From an uncultured delta proteobacterium (lineage in GTDB: Bacteria > Myxococcota_A > Polyangia > Fen-1088): a stretch of DNA of 64,000 bases. The position numbers were made by a program, and so were the translations under genes. Of the stretch, positions 49,499 to 60,826 are shown piece by piece; positions within the stretch are counted from its first letter, which is position 1; each line of letters begins with the position of its first letter. The notes beneath the pieces are model-generated. The model was given only the letters and a program-made list of their open reading frames with translations, did not search any database and was not told where the DNA came from. The stretch is from positions 2,464,001 to 2,528,000 of the forward strand of contig CAVYGB010000008.1 in assembly GCA_963767925.1 (NCBI GenBank), in the 5' to 3' direction.

Positions 49499-50863
49499 TC
49501 AATTCGCCGGGCCGCGGTTCTTGAGCTCGGTGGAGATCAGGCGGGCCTGGCGGCCGACGGCTTCGCTGGCGGGCAGGCACTTCACGGTGCCGGTGTCGTT
49601 GTTGAGCTTGCTGACCTTCTCGGAGTCGGTGGAAAAGCCCATCTTCCCGATGCCCCAGATGCCCATCAGGCGGGCCAGGGGCGACTTCGACTCCATGCCC
49701 CGGAAGTAGGGACGGCGGGTCTCGAACCCGGGCAGGACCGAGAGCGGCGCCAGGAAGTCCTCCCGAAGCTGCTTGGAGTCCCAGCAGTTGCCGAGCGGGA
49801 GGGCCTCGAGGGCCGGGAGGATCATCTTCTCCCGGCCGCCCTTGACCACCGCGGCGAAGGCCCGCTTGCGCAGGGCCGGATCGCGGGTGCTGGCCAGAAT
49901 ACCCAGGAGGGCCTTGTTCGTGTCCTCGCCGGCGTCCTTCTCCGCGATCTGGAAGAGGAGCTCGCGCAGATCGGGGGCGGTCGACGGGGTGTCGGCCAGG
50001 CGGACGGCCGAGGTGCCCACCCCGGGCGTCTTGCGGATCTTGAGGAGCGCCTGGGCGGCCCGCTCGGCGTCGGGCATGGTGCCCCGCTCGACCGCCGCCA
50101 CCAGGAAGTCGGCGGCGTCTTTGCCGCCCAGGGTGGCCAGGGCGGGCCAGAGCGGCTCGGGAAACTGGTCCAGCTCCCGGGCGCGCCTGGTCAGCGCCGC
50201 CCCCGCCTCTTCTTTGGCCGGCAACTCGGCCACCTTGTCGATCACCTCCACCGGGGTGGCGAAGGGGACCGCGGGGTCGGCGAGCAGGGGGGTGAGCAGC
50301 GGCAGGGTCGTCGCGCCGATGTTGGTGAGGATGGTCTTGATGAGGTGGCGGCCCGCGCGTTCGCGCCCGGCCCGGACGTCCTTGACCAGGGCGGGCAGCA
50401 GCGCCTGATCGACGAGCTTGCGGGCCTCGCTGGTGGGGGCCTGCTCGCGCAGAGCGTACAGGGCGTCGCGGGCGTCGCCCGAGCGGCCGGCGTCGGGCAG
50501 GTCGAGCCAGGCGGCGAGCCGCGGGACCAGGAAAGGGACCACCGCCGCCCGCTCGGCCACGTCGAAGCCGGCCAGGGCGGCCTCCATGTCCACGCCGTAG
50601 CCGATCTCGACCAGGGCGGCGGCGGCCATGCCCCGACGCTCCGGAGCCAGCGCGCTGTCCTTCACCGCATCGGTGAGCTTGGTGGCCCCCTCGGGCTGCT
50701 TCTTCCAGCTCTCGATACGCTCGGGAGATGGTCCACACGCCACCGCGCTGGCCAGCATCAGCAGAGCTCCCGCCAGCACCGGCAGGCGAGACGCCACGCT
50801 CGGCCGCGCGACAGGAGCCCGACGCCGGCCTGGAAGAACCTTGCAGCTTGGCATCGGGACCAT
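49499..50863 (-). CDS. HEAT-repeat-like helical lipoprotein (start uncertain)
   Basis: Lipobox AVAC; repeated amphipathic helix pairs. Confidence 0.65.
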   Translation of the reverse strand: MVPMPSCKVLPGRRRAPVARPSVASRLPVLAGALLMLASAVACGPSPERIESWKKQPEGATKLTDAVKDSALAPERRGMAAAALVEIGYGVDMEAALAGFDVAERAAVVPFLVPRLAAWLDLPDAGRSGDARDALYALREQAPTSEARKLVDQALLPALVKDVRAGRERAGRHLIKTILTNIGATTLPLLTPLLADPAVPFATPVEVIDKVAELPAKEEAGAALTRRARELDQFPEPLWPALATLGGKDAADFLVAAVERGTMPDAERAAQALLKIRKTPGVGTSAVRLADTPSTAPDLRELLFQIAEKDAGEDTNKALLGILASTRDPALRKRAFAAVVKGGREKMILPALEALPLGNCWDSKQLREDFLAPLSVLPGFETRRPYFRGMESKSPLARLMGIWGIGKMGFSTDSEKVSKLNNDTGTVKCLPASEAVGRQARLISTELKNRGPAN

Positions 50864-50910
50864 ATTGCGGACGCTTCCGCCATCGTCAAGGCCCACGTCC
50901 GGGCCCCCGG

Positions 50911-52236
50911 TCACCAGCGCGTGGCGGAGGAGCCCATGCGGGCGCGCTCGAGCAGATCCCGGGCCGCAGCCCGCGCCTCGGCCAGGATGCTGGCCTGGTC
51001 GGGGTGCCGGCGGTCCCGCAGCACCACCTTGCCGTCCACGATGACGCTCTCCACGCAGTCCGGGCGGCCCGCGTAGACCAGATCGGCCACCAGGTCGTGG
51101 CCGGGCGCCAGGTAGGGGCGGTCGAGGTCGACGATCACCAGGTCGGCGCGCCGGCCCGGATCGAGCCGCCCGGCGTTGATGCGGAGGGCGTCGGCCCCCG
51201 CCTCGGTGGCCATGGCGAAGGCCTCCCGGGCGGTGAGGGCGGCGGCGTCACCGGTGGCGTGTTTCTGCAGCAGGGCGGCCAGCTTCATGGTCTCGAACAT
51301 GTCGAGGTTGTTGTTGGCGGCGGCCCCATCGGTCCCCAGCGCGACCCGGACCCCGTTCCGGCGGAGGGTGGCGTAGGGGATCGCCCGCGCCCCGCCTGGT
51401 GACCAGCCGCTGCTGAGCTTCATGTTGCTGCTGGGACAGTGGACGATCGTGACGCCGCGAGCCCCCAGGATGCGGGCCTCCTCTTCCTCCAGCCAGATGC
51501 CGTGGGCCGCGCACAGGCGCGGGCCCAGAAACCCTATGGCGTCGAGGGCCTCGATCAAGCCCTGCCCGTGTTTGCCGCGAAAGTCGGCCATCTCCTGCTG
51601 GGTCTCGGCGAGGTGAAAGTGGACGATGGTGTCGTGGGCCTCGGCCACCTGGTAGGCCTCGGCCAGCGATTCGAGGCTCACGGTGTACGCGGCGTGGGGG
51701 CCGATCGAGCCCGACACCCGGGCAAAGCGGGTCAGGCCGGCGAGCGCCTGCTCGAGCTCGGCGCGCAGGACCTGGGGGGTCTTGCGCCCGAACACGTCGA
51801 GGAAGACGCGGGAGATCACCGCCCGCATGCCCATCCCCTCGGCGGCGGCCGCCCCCGACTCCGACTCGAAGTACATGTCGTGGAAGGTGGTCGTGCCCGA
51901 GGAGAGCATCTCGAGGCAGGCCAGCCGGGTGCCGGCCAGCACGTGGCTGGCCTGCAGGTGCCGCTCGAGCGGCCAGATCTTCTGCTCGAGCCATTGCATC
52001 AGCGGGGTGTCGTCGGTGTACCCGCGAAACAGCACCATGGCGGCGTGGGTGTGGGCGTTGACGAAGCCGGGGATGACCGCCCGGCCCCGTCCGTCGATCA
52101 CCTCGTCGACCACCGCCGACCGGTCGGGGCCGCCGGGACCGACCTCGGCGATGAGGCCGTCCTCCACCAGCAGGTCGCCGGTCCGGTCCTGGTGGGCGTC
52201 GACGATGCGGGTGTCGCGGATGAGCAGCGTGCTCAC
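50911..52236 (-). CDS. mtaD: 5'-methylthioadenosine/S-adenosylhomocysteine deaminase-like amidohydrolase
   Basis: PGFVNAHTH, WLEQKIWPLE, HFHLAET, HCPSSNMKL, LGTDGAAANNNLDM; GTGA overlap with the phosphorylase. Confidence 0.8.
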   Translation of the reverse strand: MSTLLIRDTRIVDAHQDRTGDLLVEDGLIAEVGPGGPDRSAVVDEVIDGRGRAVIPGFVNAHTHAAMVLFRGYTDDTPLMQWLEQKIWPLERHLQASHVLAGTRLACLEMLSSGTTTFHDMYFESESGAAAAEGMGMRAVISRVFLDVFGRKTPQVLRAELEQALAGLTRFARVSGSIGPHAAYTVSLESLAEAYQVAEAHDTIVHFHLAETQQEMADFRGKHGQGLIEALDAIGFLGPRLCAAHGIWLEEEEARILGARGVTIVHCPSSNMKLSSGWSPGGARAIPYATLRRNGVRVALGTDGAAANNNLDMFETMKLAALLQKHATGDAAALTAREAFAMATEAGADALRINAGRLDPGRRADLVIVDLDRPYLAPGHDLVADLVYAGRPDCVESVIVDGKVVLRDRRHPDQASILAEARAAARDLLERARMGSSATRW

Positions 52237-52943
52237 GCCGCCAGCCTCTGGCACACCCGGGTCAACACGTCGAGGCAAGCGCTGGCGTTGCGGCTGGCGT
52301 TGGCCTGGATGTCGCTCTGATCGACCGGCCGGTCCCGGACACCGTGGCCGTAGTTGTCGAGGGTGCACAGGGCGGCGTAGGCCAGCCCCAGCTCTCGGGC
52401 CACGGTGGCCTCGCTGGCGACCGTCATGCCCACGCAGTCGGCCATCGTGCCCATGAAGGCCACCTCGGCCCGCGTGTCGAGCCGCGGACCGCGCTGCTGA
52501 AAATACACGCCCCGGTCGAGCACCGGGAGCTGGCCCAGGGCGCGCGCCTCCTCGATCAGCGCGCGGCGAAGCTCCTCGTCGAAGCCGGGGGTGACGTGGA
52601 CCAGGCGGTCGTTGAACACCGTGCTCTCGAAGAAGTTGATGTAGTCGTGCGGCACGAGCAGGGCGGGCAGCTCGATGTCGGCGCGCAGGCAGCCGGTCGA
52701 GCCCAGGGCGATGACCTGGGTGATCCCCAGCGCCTGCAGGGCGCTCAGGTTGGCGGGGTGGTTGATCACGTGGGGTGGCCTGTCGCGCCGTCGCCCGTGG
52801 CGCTGGACCAGCGCCACCGGGACCCCTGAGAGGTGGCCCAGGTCGACCTCCGCCCGGCCAAAGGCCGTGTCGATGTCGCGCAGCTCGGGCGCGTCGAGCG
52901 CCTTGCGTTCAATCAGGATGGTTCCGCCGATGATGCCGATCAT
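52233..52943 (-). CDS. MTAP-family purine nucleoside phosphorylase, probably methylthioinosine phosphorylase
   Basis: IGIIGGT, QRHG, PPHVINH.AN, GPRLDTRAE, VGMT.ASE, DNY. Confidence 0.85.
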   Translation of the reverse strand: MIGIIGGTILIERKALDAPELRDIDTAFGRAEVDLGHLSGVPVALVQRHGRRRDRPPHVINHPANLSALQALGITQVIALGSTGCLRADIELPALLVPHDYINFFESTVFNDRLVHVTPGFDEELRRALIEEARALGQLPVLDRGVYFQQRGPRLDTRAEVAFMGTMADCVGMTVASEATVARELGLAYAALCTLDNYGHGVRDRPVDQSDIQANASRNASACLDVLTRVCQRLAA

Positions 52944-53027
52944 AACTTCGCGCGGGCATGCTAGCGCGTGCCGTCGTAACTGTCAGCGCCGGATAACGGC
53001 TCGCCTTTGCGGTAGATTCAACGCTCC

Positions 53028-54087
53028 ATGTCCGACGAGGACATTCGCCAGCGCAAAGCCGACCACCTCGCCATCACGGCCGAAGGACGCGGTGCCTACC
53101 ACCGTTCGACCTTGCTCGAACACGTGCACCTCATCCATCAGTCCTTGCCCGAGCTGGCGGCGGCCGAGATCGACCTGTCCACCACCCTGCTCGGCCGGAA
53201 GATCGGGGCCCCGCTCATGGTCACCGGCATGACCGGCGGCACCGAGGAGGCGGCGGCCATCAACCGCGATCTGGCGGCCGCCGCCGAGACGCTGCAGATC
53301 CCCTTCGGGCTCGGCAGCCAGCGCGCCATGGTGGTCCGCCCCGACCTGGCCTGGACCTACGAGGTGCGGCCGGTCGCCCCCTCGGTGTTCCTGCTCGCCA
53401 ACTTCGGGGTGGTCCAGCTCGCCAGCATGGCGCTGGGAGCCGTCCGGGAGGTCATGGAGCGGGTCGGCGCCGACGCCCTCTGCATCCACCTCAACCCCGG
53501 CCAGGAGCTGGCCCAGCCCGAAGGTGACCGCGACTTCCGGGGCGCGGCCGCCGCCATCGAGCGGCTGGCCCGCGAGCTCGGACGGCCGGTGCTGGTCAAG
53601 GAGACCGGCTGCGGGATCTCCCCCGCGGTGGCCCGCCGGCTCGACGCGGCCGGCGTGGGCGCCATCGACGTGTCGGGCGCCGGGGGGACCTCCTGGATCG
53701 CGGTCGAGTCGCAGCGGGCCCGGGGGGCCGACCGCCGAACGGGGCCGCACCTTCTGGGACTGGGGCATCCCCACGGCAGCGGCCATCGGCTGGCTGGGCG
53801 ACGCCGGGATCCGCGCCGATCTGGTGGCCTCGGGCGGGATCCGCAACGGGCTCGACGCCGCCCGGGCGCTGGCGCTGGGAGCCCGGGTGGTCGGGGTGGC
53901 CCAGCCGGCGCTGCAGGCGGTCCGCGAAGGTGGACGGGCCGGGGCCCTCGCCTTCCTCGCCGGCGTCATCGAGGGCATCCGCATGGCCTGCTTGCTGGCC
54001 GGCGTGCGCGAGGTGGGCGCGCTCCGGCAGGCCCCCCGGGTCATCACCGGCGAGCTGCGCGACTGGCTCGCCCAGCGGCCGCAGTGA
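53028..54087 (+). CDS. fni: Type 2 isopentenyl-diphosphate isomerase (frameshift near 53730)
   Basis: [38 protein letters not shown], then FWDWGIPTA and ASGGIRNG in another frame. Confidence 0.9.
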
Positions 54088-55056
54088 TCGGCGACAGTGA
54101 GCCCACCACGATGACGAGCGAGCCGGTTCCGGTTTCCGACCCCCACGCTCCCCGCAGCCCCGACGAGACGGTCGGCTTGGGGCACGGCAAGGTGATCCTG
54201 CTCGGCGAGCACACGGTCGTGTTTGGCCACCCCGCGCTGGTGGCGGGCCTGCCGCTCGGCGTGCGGGCGCGGGTGCGCCCCGGACGCGGGCAGCTGCCGG
54301 GCGCCAGCCTGGAGCCTCGAGGCCCGGCTGGGCGACGGCTCACCGGTGGCCGAGGCGGTGGGTCGCCTGTTCGCGAAGCTGGGCGCCGAGCCGGGCGCGC
54401 TCGACGTCGATCTGGAGGCGGACCTGCCGGCGGGCGCCGGGCTGGGCAGCTCGGCGGCGATGGCGGTGGCGGTGGCGCGGGCGGTTGGCGCGCGCAGCGG
54501 CGCAACCGAGGCCGAGCTCGAGGCGGCGGTGGCGGCCTCCGAGGCGGTGTTCCACGGCAATCCGTCGGGCGTCGACGCCGCGGCCGCCCTGCGCGGCGGC
54601 ATCGGCCTGTTTCGCAAGGGGGAGGGCTGGCGGGCGGCCACCGTGCGCCAGAAGCTCAAGCTGTGCATCGGGCTGTCCGGCCGCAGCCGGCGGACGGCCG
54701 ACCTCGTCGAGGGGGTGGCCCACCTGGCCCGGCGCACGCCGGTGGCGCGGCGGGTGCTGGAGACCCTGGGCGAGGTCACCCTGGCCGGCCAGGAGGCGCT
54801 GGCGGTGGGGGACATCGACTCGCTGGGGCGGCTGTTCGATCTGGCCCACGGGCTGCTGGCGGGCCTGCGCCTGTCGACGCCGGAGCTGGAGCGCCTGGTC
54901 CACGGCGCGCGCGGCGCGGGCGCCATCGGGGCCAAGCTGACCGGCGCGGGCGGCGGCGGGGCGGTCATCGCCCTGGCCCCCTCCCACCGCAACGACGTGC
55001 TCGCCCGCTGGCAGGAGGACGGCTTTACCGGCCTTGTCGCGGTGGTGAACGGATGA
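54084..55056 (+). CDS. mvk: Mevalonate kinase (frameshift near 54295)
   Basis: [46 protein letters not shown]. Confidence 0.88.
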
Positions 55057-56068
55057 CGGGGGCAACGGCCGCCCACCCGGCCGGCGGCGCGCAGGCGGGC
55101 ACCAACATCGCCCTGGTCAAGTACTGGGGCAAGCGCGACGCCGCCCTCAACCTGCCGGCCGCCGGCAGCCTGTCGCTGACCCTGGCCGAGCTCGGCACCC
55201 GCACCCAGGTCCGGTTCGGACCGGGGTCGGCCGGCTCGCGATCGGGTCCTGCTCGACGGGGCGCCGGCCGATCCGGCCTTTTGCGCCCGCGTCTCTCGCT
55301 TCCTCGATCTGGTCCGCCAGCGCGCCGGCCTCGAGGCCCCGGCCGAGGTGTCGACCCACAACTCGGTGCCGACCGCCGCCGGCCTGGCCTCCTCCGCCTC
55401 GGGGTTCGCCGCGCTCTGCCTGGCGGCCACCCACGCCGCGGGGCTCACGCTCTCTGCCGACGAGCTGTCGGCGCTGGCCCGCCGGGGCTCCGGCTCGGCG
55501 GCGCGCTCGATCCATGGCGGCTTCGTGGAGATGTTCCCGGGGCAACGGAGCGACGGGGCGGACGCCCTCGCCCGCCCGCTGCTGGCGCCGGAGGCCTGGG
55601 ATGTGCGGCTGGTGGTGGCGGTGACCGCCCGGGGGCCCAAGGCGATCGGCTCGACCGCGGCGATGGACCGGACCGCCGCCACCTCGCCCTTCTACGACGC
55701 CTGGGTGGCCTCGGTGGCGCGCGATCTCGCCGACGCGCGCGCCGCCATCGCCGCCCGCGACCTGCACCGGCTCGGACCGGTCGTCGAGCGGAGCGCCCTG
55801 CGCATGCACGCCAGCGCCATGGCGGCCGAGCCGGGGATCCTCTACTGGCGGCCCGCCACCCTGGCCGCCATCCGCGTGGTCCAGGAGGCGCGCGAGGCGG
55901 GCGGGCCGGTCGGGTACTTCACGATGGACGCCGGCCCCCACGTCAAGGTGCTGTGCCAGGCGGCCGACGCCGCCGCCCTCGCCGCCCGCCTGCAGGCAGG
56001 CGCCCGGCGTGGAGCGCACCCTGATCGCCCGCCCGGGCCCGGGGGCCGCGGTCCTGGAGGCCGGGTGA
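55053..56068 (+). CDS. mvaD: Diphosphomevalonate decarboxylase (frameshifts near 55230 and 56000)
   Basis: [48 protein letters not shown]. Confidence 0.9.
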
Positions 56069-57066
56069 AGCCGGGCCGGGCCACCCTCAAGGGCTCCCCG
56101 CTGGTGCTGGCCCCCGGCAAGCTGTTCCTGGCCGGCGAATACGCCGTGCTGGAGGGGGGTGTGGCGGTTGTGGCGGCCGCCTCCCGCTACGCGCTGGCGC
56201 AGTTCCAGCCCCAGATGGCCCCTACCTCGGCCCTGGTGGCGGAGGCGACCGCCCGGGCCCGGGCCGCCCTCGGCGACGTGGCCGCGGCGGTGCCGGAGGG
56301 CGCCGCCCAGGTCAGCACCGACACCTTCTTCCTCGAGGGGGTCAAGCTCGGCCTGGGCTCGAGCGCGGCGGCGGCGGTGGCCGCCGCCGGGGCGCTGCTG
56401 GAATACGCGGGCGTCTCGCTGGCCGTGAACCGGGAGCTGCTCTTCTCGGTGGCCGACGCCGCCCACCGGGCGTCGCAGGGGGGGGTGGGGTCGGGCGCCG
56501 ACATCGCCACCGCGGTCTACGGGGGGTTCGTTCGTTTCGTGCGCTTGCCCGACAGCGCCCCGGTGATCAGCCGGATCCTGCCCCCGCCCGACCTGCACGT
56601 GGTTGTGTTCTGGACCCGCACCGCCGCCCGCACCGCCCAGCTCGTCACCGAGGTCCGGGCCTTCGCCGAGCGGGCGCCCCAGGGTTACGCCGAGCGGATG
56701 GGCGCCCTGCGCGCCGCGGCCGGAGCGTTCGCCGAGGCGTTCACCGCCCACGACGCGCGGGGAGTCGTGCGCTGGGCCGACGCCTGCCACCGGAGCCTGG
56801 CCGACCTCGGCGAGGCGGCCGACCTGCCCATCGTGACGCCCGAGGTGGCCCGGGCCGCCGAGCTGGCCCGTCACTTCGGCGGCGCCGCCAAGCCGTCGGG
56901 CGCCGGCGGCGGCGATCTGGGGGTGGCCTTCTTCAGCGAGGCGCGCGCGGCGCACACCTTCGTGGCGCGGTGCCCGGAGGAGCTTTTGGTGCTAGACCTC
57001 CAGCTCGGGGCCACCGGGGCTTACCGCCGCTTGCCCAGTGGCGTCGAAACGTTCAAAAAGGATTGA
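56065..57066 (+). CDS. Phosphomevalonate kinase
   Basis: APGKLFLAGEYAVL, KLGLGSSAA, GSGADIA..YGG, KPSGAGGGD. Confidence 0.85.
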   Translation: MKPGRATLKGSPLVLAPGKLFLAGEYAVLEGGVAVVAAASRYALAQFQPQMAPTSALVAEATARARAALGDVAAAVPEGAAQVSTDTFFLEGVKLGLGSSAAAAVAAAGALLEYAGVSLAVNRELLFSVADAAHRASQGGVGSGADIATAVYGGFVRFVRLPDSAPVISRILPPPDLHVVVFWTRTAARTAQLVTEVRAFAERAPQGYAERMGALRAAAGAFAEAFTAHDARGVVRWADACHRSLADLGEAADLPIVTPEVARAAELARHFGGAAKPSGAGGGDLGVAFFSEARAAHTFVARCPEELLVLDLQLGATGAYRRLPSGVETFKKD

Positions 57067-57077
57067 AAGGCCCCGCC

Positions 57078-58338
57078 ATGTCCAAGATCGACTCGCGGAT
57101 CCCCGGCTTTTACCGGCTGCCGCTCGCCGAGCGGCGGGCCGAGCTGGTCGCGCGGGCCGGCCTGACCCCCGAGGATCTGCACACCTTCGAGCAGGGCGGG
57201 CTCGACAGCGCCACCGCCGATCAGCTGGTCGAGAACGCGCTCGGCCTGTACGCGCTGCCGCTCGGCCTGGGCCTGAACTTCCGGATCAACGGCCGCGACT
57301 ACCTGGTCCCCATGGCGGTCGAGGAGCCCTCGGTGATCGCCGCCGCCTCGAACGCCGCCCGCATCGTGCGGGCGGCGGGCGGCTTCCAGGCCGAGGCCGA
57401 TCCGCCGGTGATGACCGCTCAGGTCGAGCTGGTGGGGGTGGCCGACCCGGCCGCCGCGGCGGCGCGCATCCGGGCCCACGAGGAGGAGATCGTCGCCCTG
57501 GCCTGCGCGGCGGTGCCCCGCCTGGTGACCCGGGGCGGCGGCCCCCGGGCGGTCGAGGTGCGGGTCTGGGACGGGGACGCGGACGCCCCGGGGTTGCGGG
57601 CGGTCGAGCGCCGCCTCGTCGTGCACCTGCACGTCGACTGCCGCGACGCCATGGGGGCCAACCTGGTCAACACGGTGGCCGAGGCCATCGCACCCCGCCT
57701 GGCCGAGCTGGGCGGCGGGCGGTTCGGCCTGCGTATCCTCACCAACCTCTGCGATCGCCGCCTGGTGCGGGCCCGGGCCCGGGTCCCCTTCGACGAGCTG
57801 GGGCAGCCCGGGGTGGACGGGGCCGGCGTCGCCGAGGACATCGCCGCCGCTTCCCGCTTCGCCGAGCGCGACCTCTACCGGGCCGCCACGCACAACAAGG
57901 GGATCATGAACGGCGTCGACGCGGTCGTGATCGCCAGCGGCAACGACTGGCGCGGGGTGGAGGCCGGCGCCCACGCCTACGCCGCCCGCAGCGGCCGCTA
58001 CCAGCCGCTGGCGGTCTGGTCCACCGACGGCGCGGCGCTGTGTGGCTCGCTGGAGATGCCGATGGCGGTCGGCACGGTGGGCGGCACCTTGCAGGTCCAC
58101 GCCGGCGCGCGCCTGGTCCAGCGGATCCTGGGGGTGCAATCGGCCGGCGAGCTGGCGATGGTGACCGCCTGCGTGGGGCTGGCCTCGAACCTGGCCGCCC
58201 TGCGGGCGCTGGCCACCGAGGGGATCCAGCGGGGCCACATGGCTTTGCACAACCGGGCCGTGAGCCGGGCGGCGGCCCGTCCGCCGGTCGCGCCCGCGAT
58301 CGCCGGCAAGCCCGCGGGAGGGAGAGGCAGCCGAATGA
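57078..58338 (+). CDS. mvaA: Class II HMG-CoA reductase; true stop probably TGA 58336-58338 after a frameshift
   Basis: VENALG, PMAVEEPSVIAAAS, DAMGAN, ATHNKGIMNG, GNDWRGVEAG, GIQRGHM.LH. Confidence 0.9.
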
Positions 58339-59322
58339 TCCGGAAGATCCTCAAGGGCGGACGTGACGCCGAGCCGGCGACGCGGCGAGCCGGCCACGCC
58401 CACCCCTGCGCTGGCTCGATCCCCCTCCCGGCCCCTATTCGGTCGAGGCGGCCTACCGCTACTGCGAGGAGTTCGCCCGCGCCCACCACGAGAGCTACCC
58501 GGTGGCCTCCCGGCTGGTGCCCGCCGATCTGCGCCCGCACGTGATCGCGCTCTACGCCTTCGGTCGGGCGGCCGACGACTTCGCCGACGAGCCGGAGTAC
58601 GAGGGCCGGCGATCCGAGGCCCTCGACGCCTGGCACGAGGAGCTGTATCGCTGTTTTCACGGGGAGGCCACCCACCCCGTGTTCGTCGCGCTCGCCGACA
58701 CCATCGAGAAGCGCGGGCTGACCCACCCGCCCTTCGACGATCTGCTGTCCGCCTTCCGCACCGACATCGAGGTCCGCCGCTACGCCACCTTCAGCAGCCT
58801 GCGCGGCTACACCGCCCGTTCGGCCGATCCGGTGGGGCGCCTGCTGCTGTCGCTGTTCGGCTACCAGCGACCCCGAGCTGGTGCGCTTCGCCGACGAGAT
58901 CTCGACCGCCCTGCAGCTCACCAACTTCTGGCAAGACGTCGCCGCCGACGCCGCCCGCGACCACATCTACCTGCCCGCCGAGGACCTGCACTTCTTCGGC
59001 GTGACCGAGGCGGACATCAAGGCGCTCAAGCCGACCCGGGCGATCCGCGACCTCCTCCGCTACCAGGTGGCGCGCACGCGCGCCCTCTACGAGCGCGGGC
59101 CGCCCGCTGCTGGCCCGCCTGGGCAGCGATCTGCGGCTCGAGCTGGCGCTGATCTGGCTGATCGGCACCACCCTGCTCGACAAGATCGAGGCCGCCGACT
59201 TCGACGTGTTCACCCGCCGGCCCGAGATCGGCGCCCGCGACAAGGCCAAGGTCCTGGCCCGCGCGGCCAGACTCTGGGCCAGCAGCCTGGATCTCTCGGC
59301 CCTCCGCCGGCTCTGGCCCTGA
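58335..59322 (+). CDS. hpnC: Squalene/phytoene synthase family protein, HpnC-like (several frameshifts)
   Basis: HHESYPVAS, YAFGRAADDFADE, SADPVGRL, LQLTNFWQD, IYLP. Confidence 0.8.
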
Positions 59323-59356
59323 TACGCCGCCGTCGAGCCGGAGGCGGCCCTCCCGT

Positions 59357-60694
59357 TCAGGGGCGGTTCTTCTTTCCCTCGTCCCCGCGGAGGGTGGCCA
59401 GCCGCTCCTTGATCTGGCGCTCGAACCCCGAGTCGGTGGGCTGGTAATAGCGGCGGCCGCGCAGGCTGTCGGGCAGATAGTTCTCGACGACGTAGTGGCC
59501 TTCGAAGTTGTGCGGGTACTGGTAGCCGGCGCCGTGGCCGAGCGACTTGCTCAAGGGGGTGGGGGCGTTGCGCAGGTGGGCCGGCACCGGCAAGGCGCCG
59601 TGGGCCTCGACGTCCTCCCGGGCGGCCGTGTAGGCGGTCAGCGCCGTGTTGCTCTTGGGGGCCGCGGCCAGGTAGAGGGCCGCCTGGGACATCGCCAGGA
59701 CCCCCTCGGGCATCCCCACCATGCGGAAGGCCTCCAGGGCGGACACCGCCACCCCCAGGGCCCGGGGATCGGCGTTGCCCACGTCCTCGGCGGCGAAGAT
59801 CACCAGCCGCCGCAGCACGAACAGCGGATCTTCGCCGGCCTCGAGCATGCGCGCCATCCAGTACAGGGCGGCGTCGGGATCGGTCCCGCGCAGGCTCTTG
59901 ATGAAGGCGCTCACGACGCCGTAGTGCTCGTCCCCGGTCTTGTCGTAGAGCAACGCCCGCCGGGCCAGCGCCTCCTTCACGGCGTGCGGGTCGATCGCCC
60001 GGCGCCCGTCGGGACCGGGGAGGGGCACTGCCGCCGCCGCCTCCAGGGTCGCGAGCGCCTGCCGCCCGTCGCCCCGGGCCTCGCGGGCGATGAGGTCCCG
60101 GACCTCCGGGGGACAGTCGAGCGGCTCGCGGCCCAGCCCGCGCTCCGGGTCGGCCAGCGCCTGATCCAGGATGCGGCGCAAATTCTCCTCGGACAGGGGC
60201 TGCAGGACCAGCACCTTGGTGCGGGAGAGCAAGGCCGAGATGACCTCGAAGGAGGGGTTCTCGGTGGTGGCGCCCACCAGGATCACGGTCCCCGCCTCCA
60301 CGTGCGGCAGCAACGCGTCCTGCTGGGCCTTGTTGAAGCGGTGGATCTCGTCGACGAAAAGAACGGTCGACTGGCCCTGCTGGTTCAGGCGGGCCTGCGC
60401 CTCCCCGATGGCCTCGCGCAGGTCCTTGACCCCAGACATGACGGCCGACACCGCCGCGAAGTGGGCCCCGATCTCGGCGGCCACGACCCGGCCCAGGGTG
60501 GTCTTACCCGTCCCCGGCGGGCCCCACAAGATGACCGAGGAGAGCCGCTTTTGCTCGAGCGACCGGCGCAGCCAGGTCCCGGGCCCCAGCAGCCCCTCCT
60601 GGCCGACCACCTCGGCCAGCGTGCGGGGCCGCATCCGCTCGGCCAGCGGCTGCCCGCGTCGGTCGTTCTTCGCTGCGCGCTCGAACAGGTCCAT
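59357..60694 (-). CDS. rarA: Replication-associated recombination AAA+ ATPase RarA/MgsA
   Basis: PLAERMRP, WGPPGTGKTT, DEIHRFNKAQQD, ATTENPSF, SAFIKSLRG, EDVGNADP. Confidence 0.95.
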   Translation of the reverse strand: MDLFERAAKNDRRGQPLAERMRPRTLAEVVGQEGLLGPGTWLRRSLEQKRLSSVILWGPPGTGKTTLGRVVAAEIGAHFAAVSAVMSGVKDLREAIGEAQARLNQQGQSTVLFVDEIHRFNKAQQDALLPHVEAGTVILVGATTENPSFEVISALLSRTKVLVLQPLSEENLRRILDQALADPERGLGREPLDCPPEVRDLIAREARGDGRQALATLEAAAAVPLPGPDGRRAIDPHAVKEALARRALLYDKTGDEHYGVVSAFIKSLRGTDPDAALYWMARMLEAGEDPLFVLRRLVIFAAEDVGNADPRALGVAVSALEAFRMVGMPEGVLAMSQAALYLAAAPKSNTALTAYTAAREDVEAHGALPVPAHLRNAPTPLSKSLGHGAGYQYPHNFEGHYVVENYLPDSLRGRRYYQPTDSGFERQIKERLATLRGDEGKKNRP

Positions 60695-60826
60695 CGTGCA
60701 GGTCTGGCGTCAAAAGCCTCGTACATGTAACCCTATCAAACCGCATGTGCGCGGACGGGAGCTTTTCGCCAGCGCCCCGCTTTGCAGAGTGGACGCTGGC
60801 TCGGAGTTTCGGTAGAGACCCAGAGG

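Noticed and set aside
55348..57066. Apparent MvaD-phosphomevalonate kinase fusion
   Set aside because: A GTGA stop/start overlap at 56065-56068 indicates two genes joined by an indel near 56000.
56970..58544. Apparent HMG-CoA reductase read-through into HpnC
   Set aside because: The alternative frame ends GEAAE* with an ATGA overlap at 58335-58338, and the region is indel-rich.
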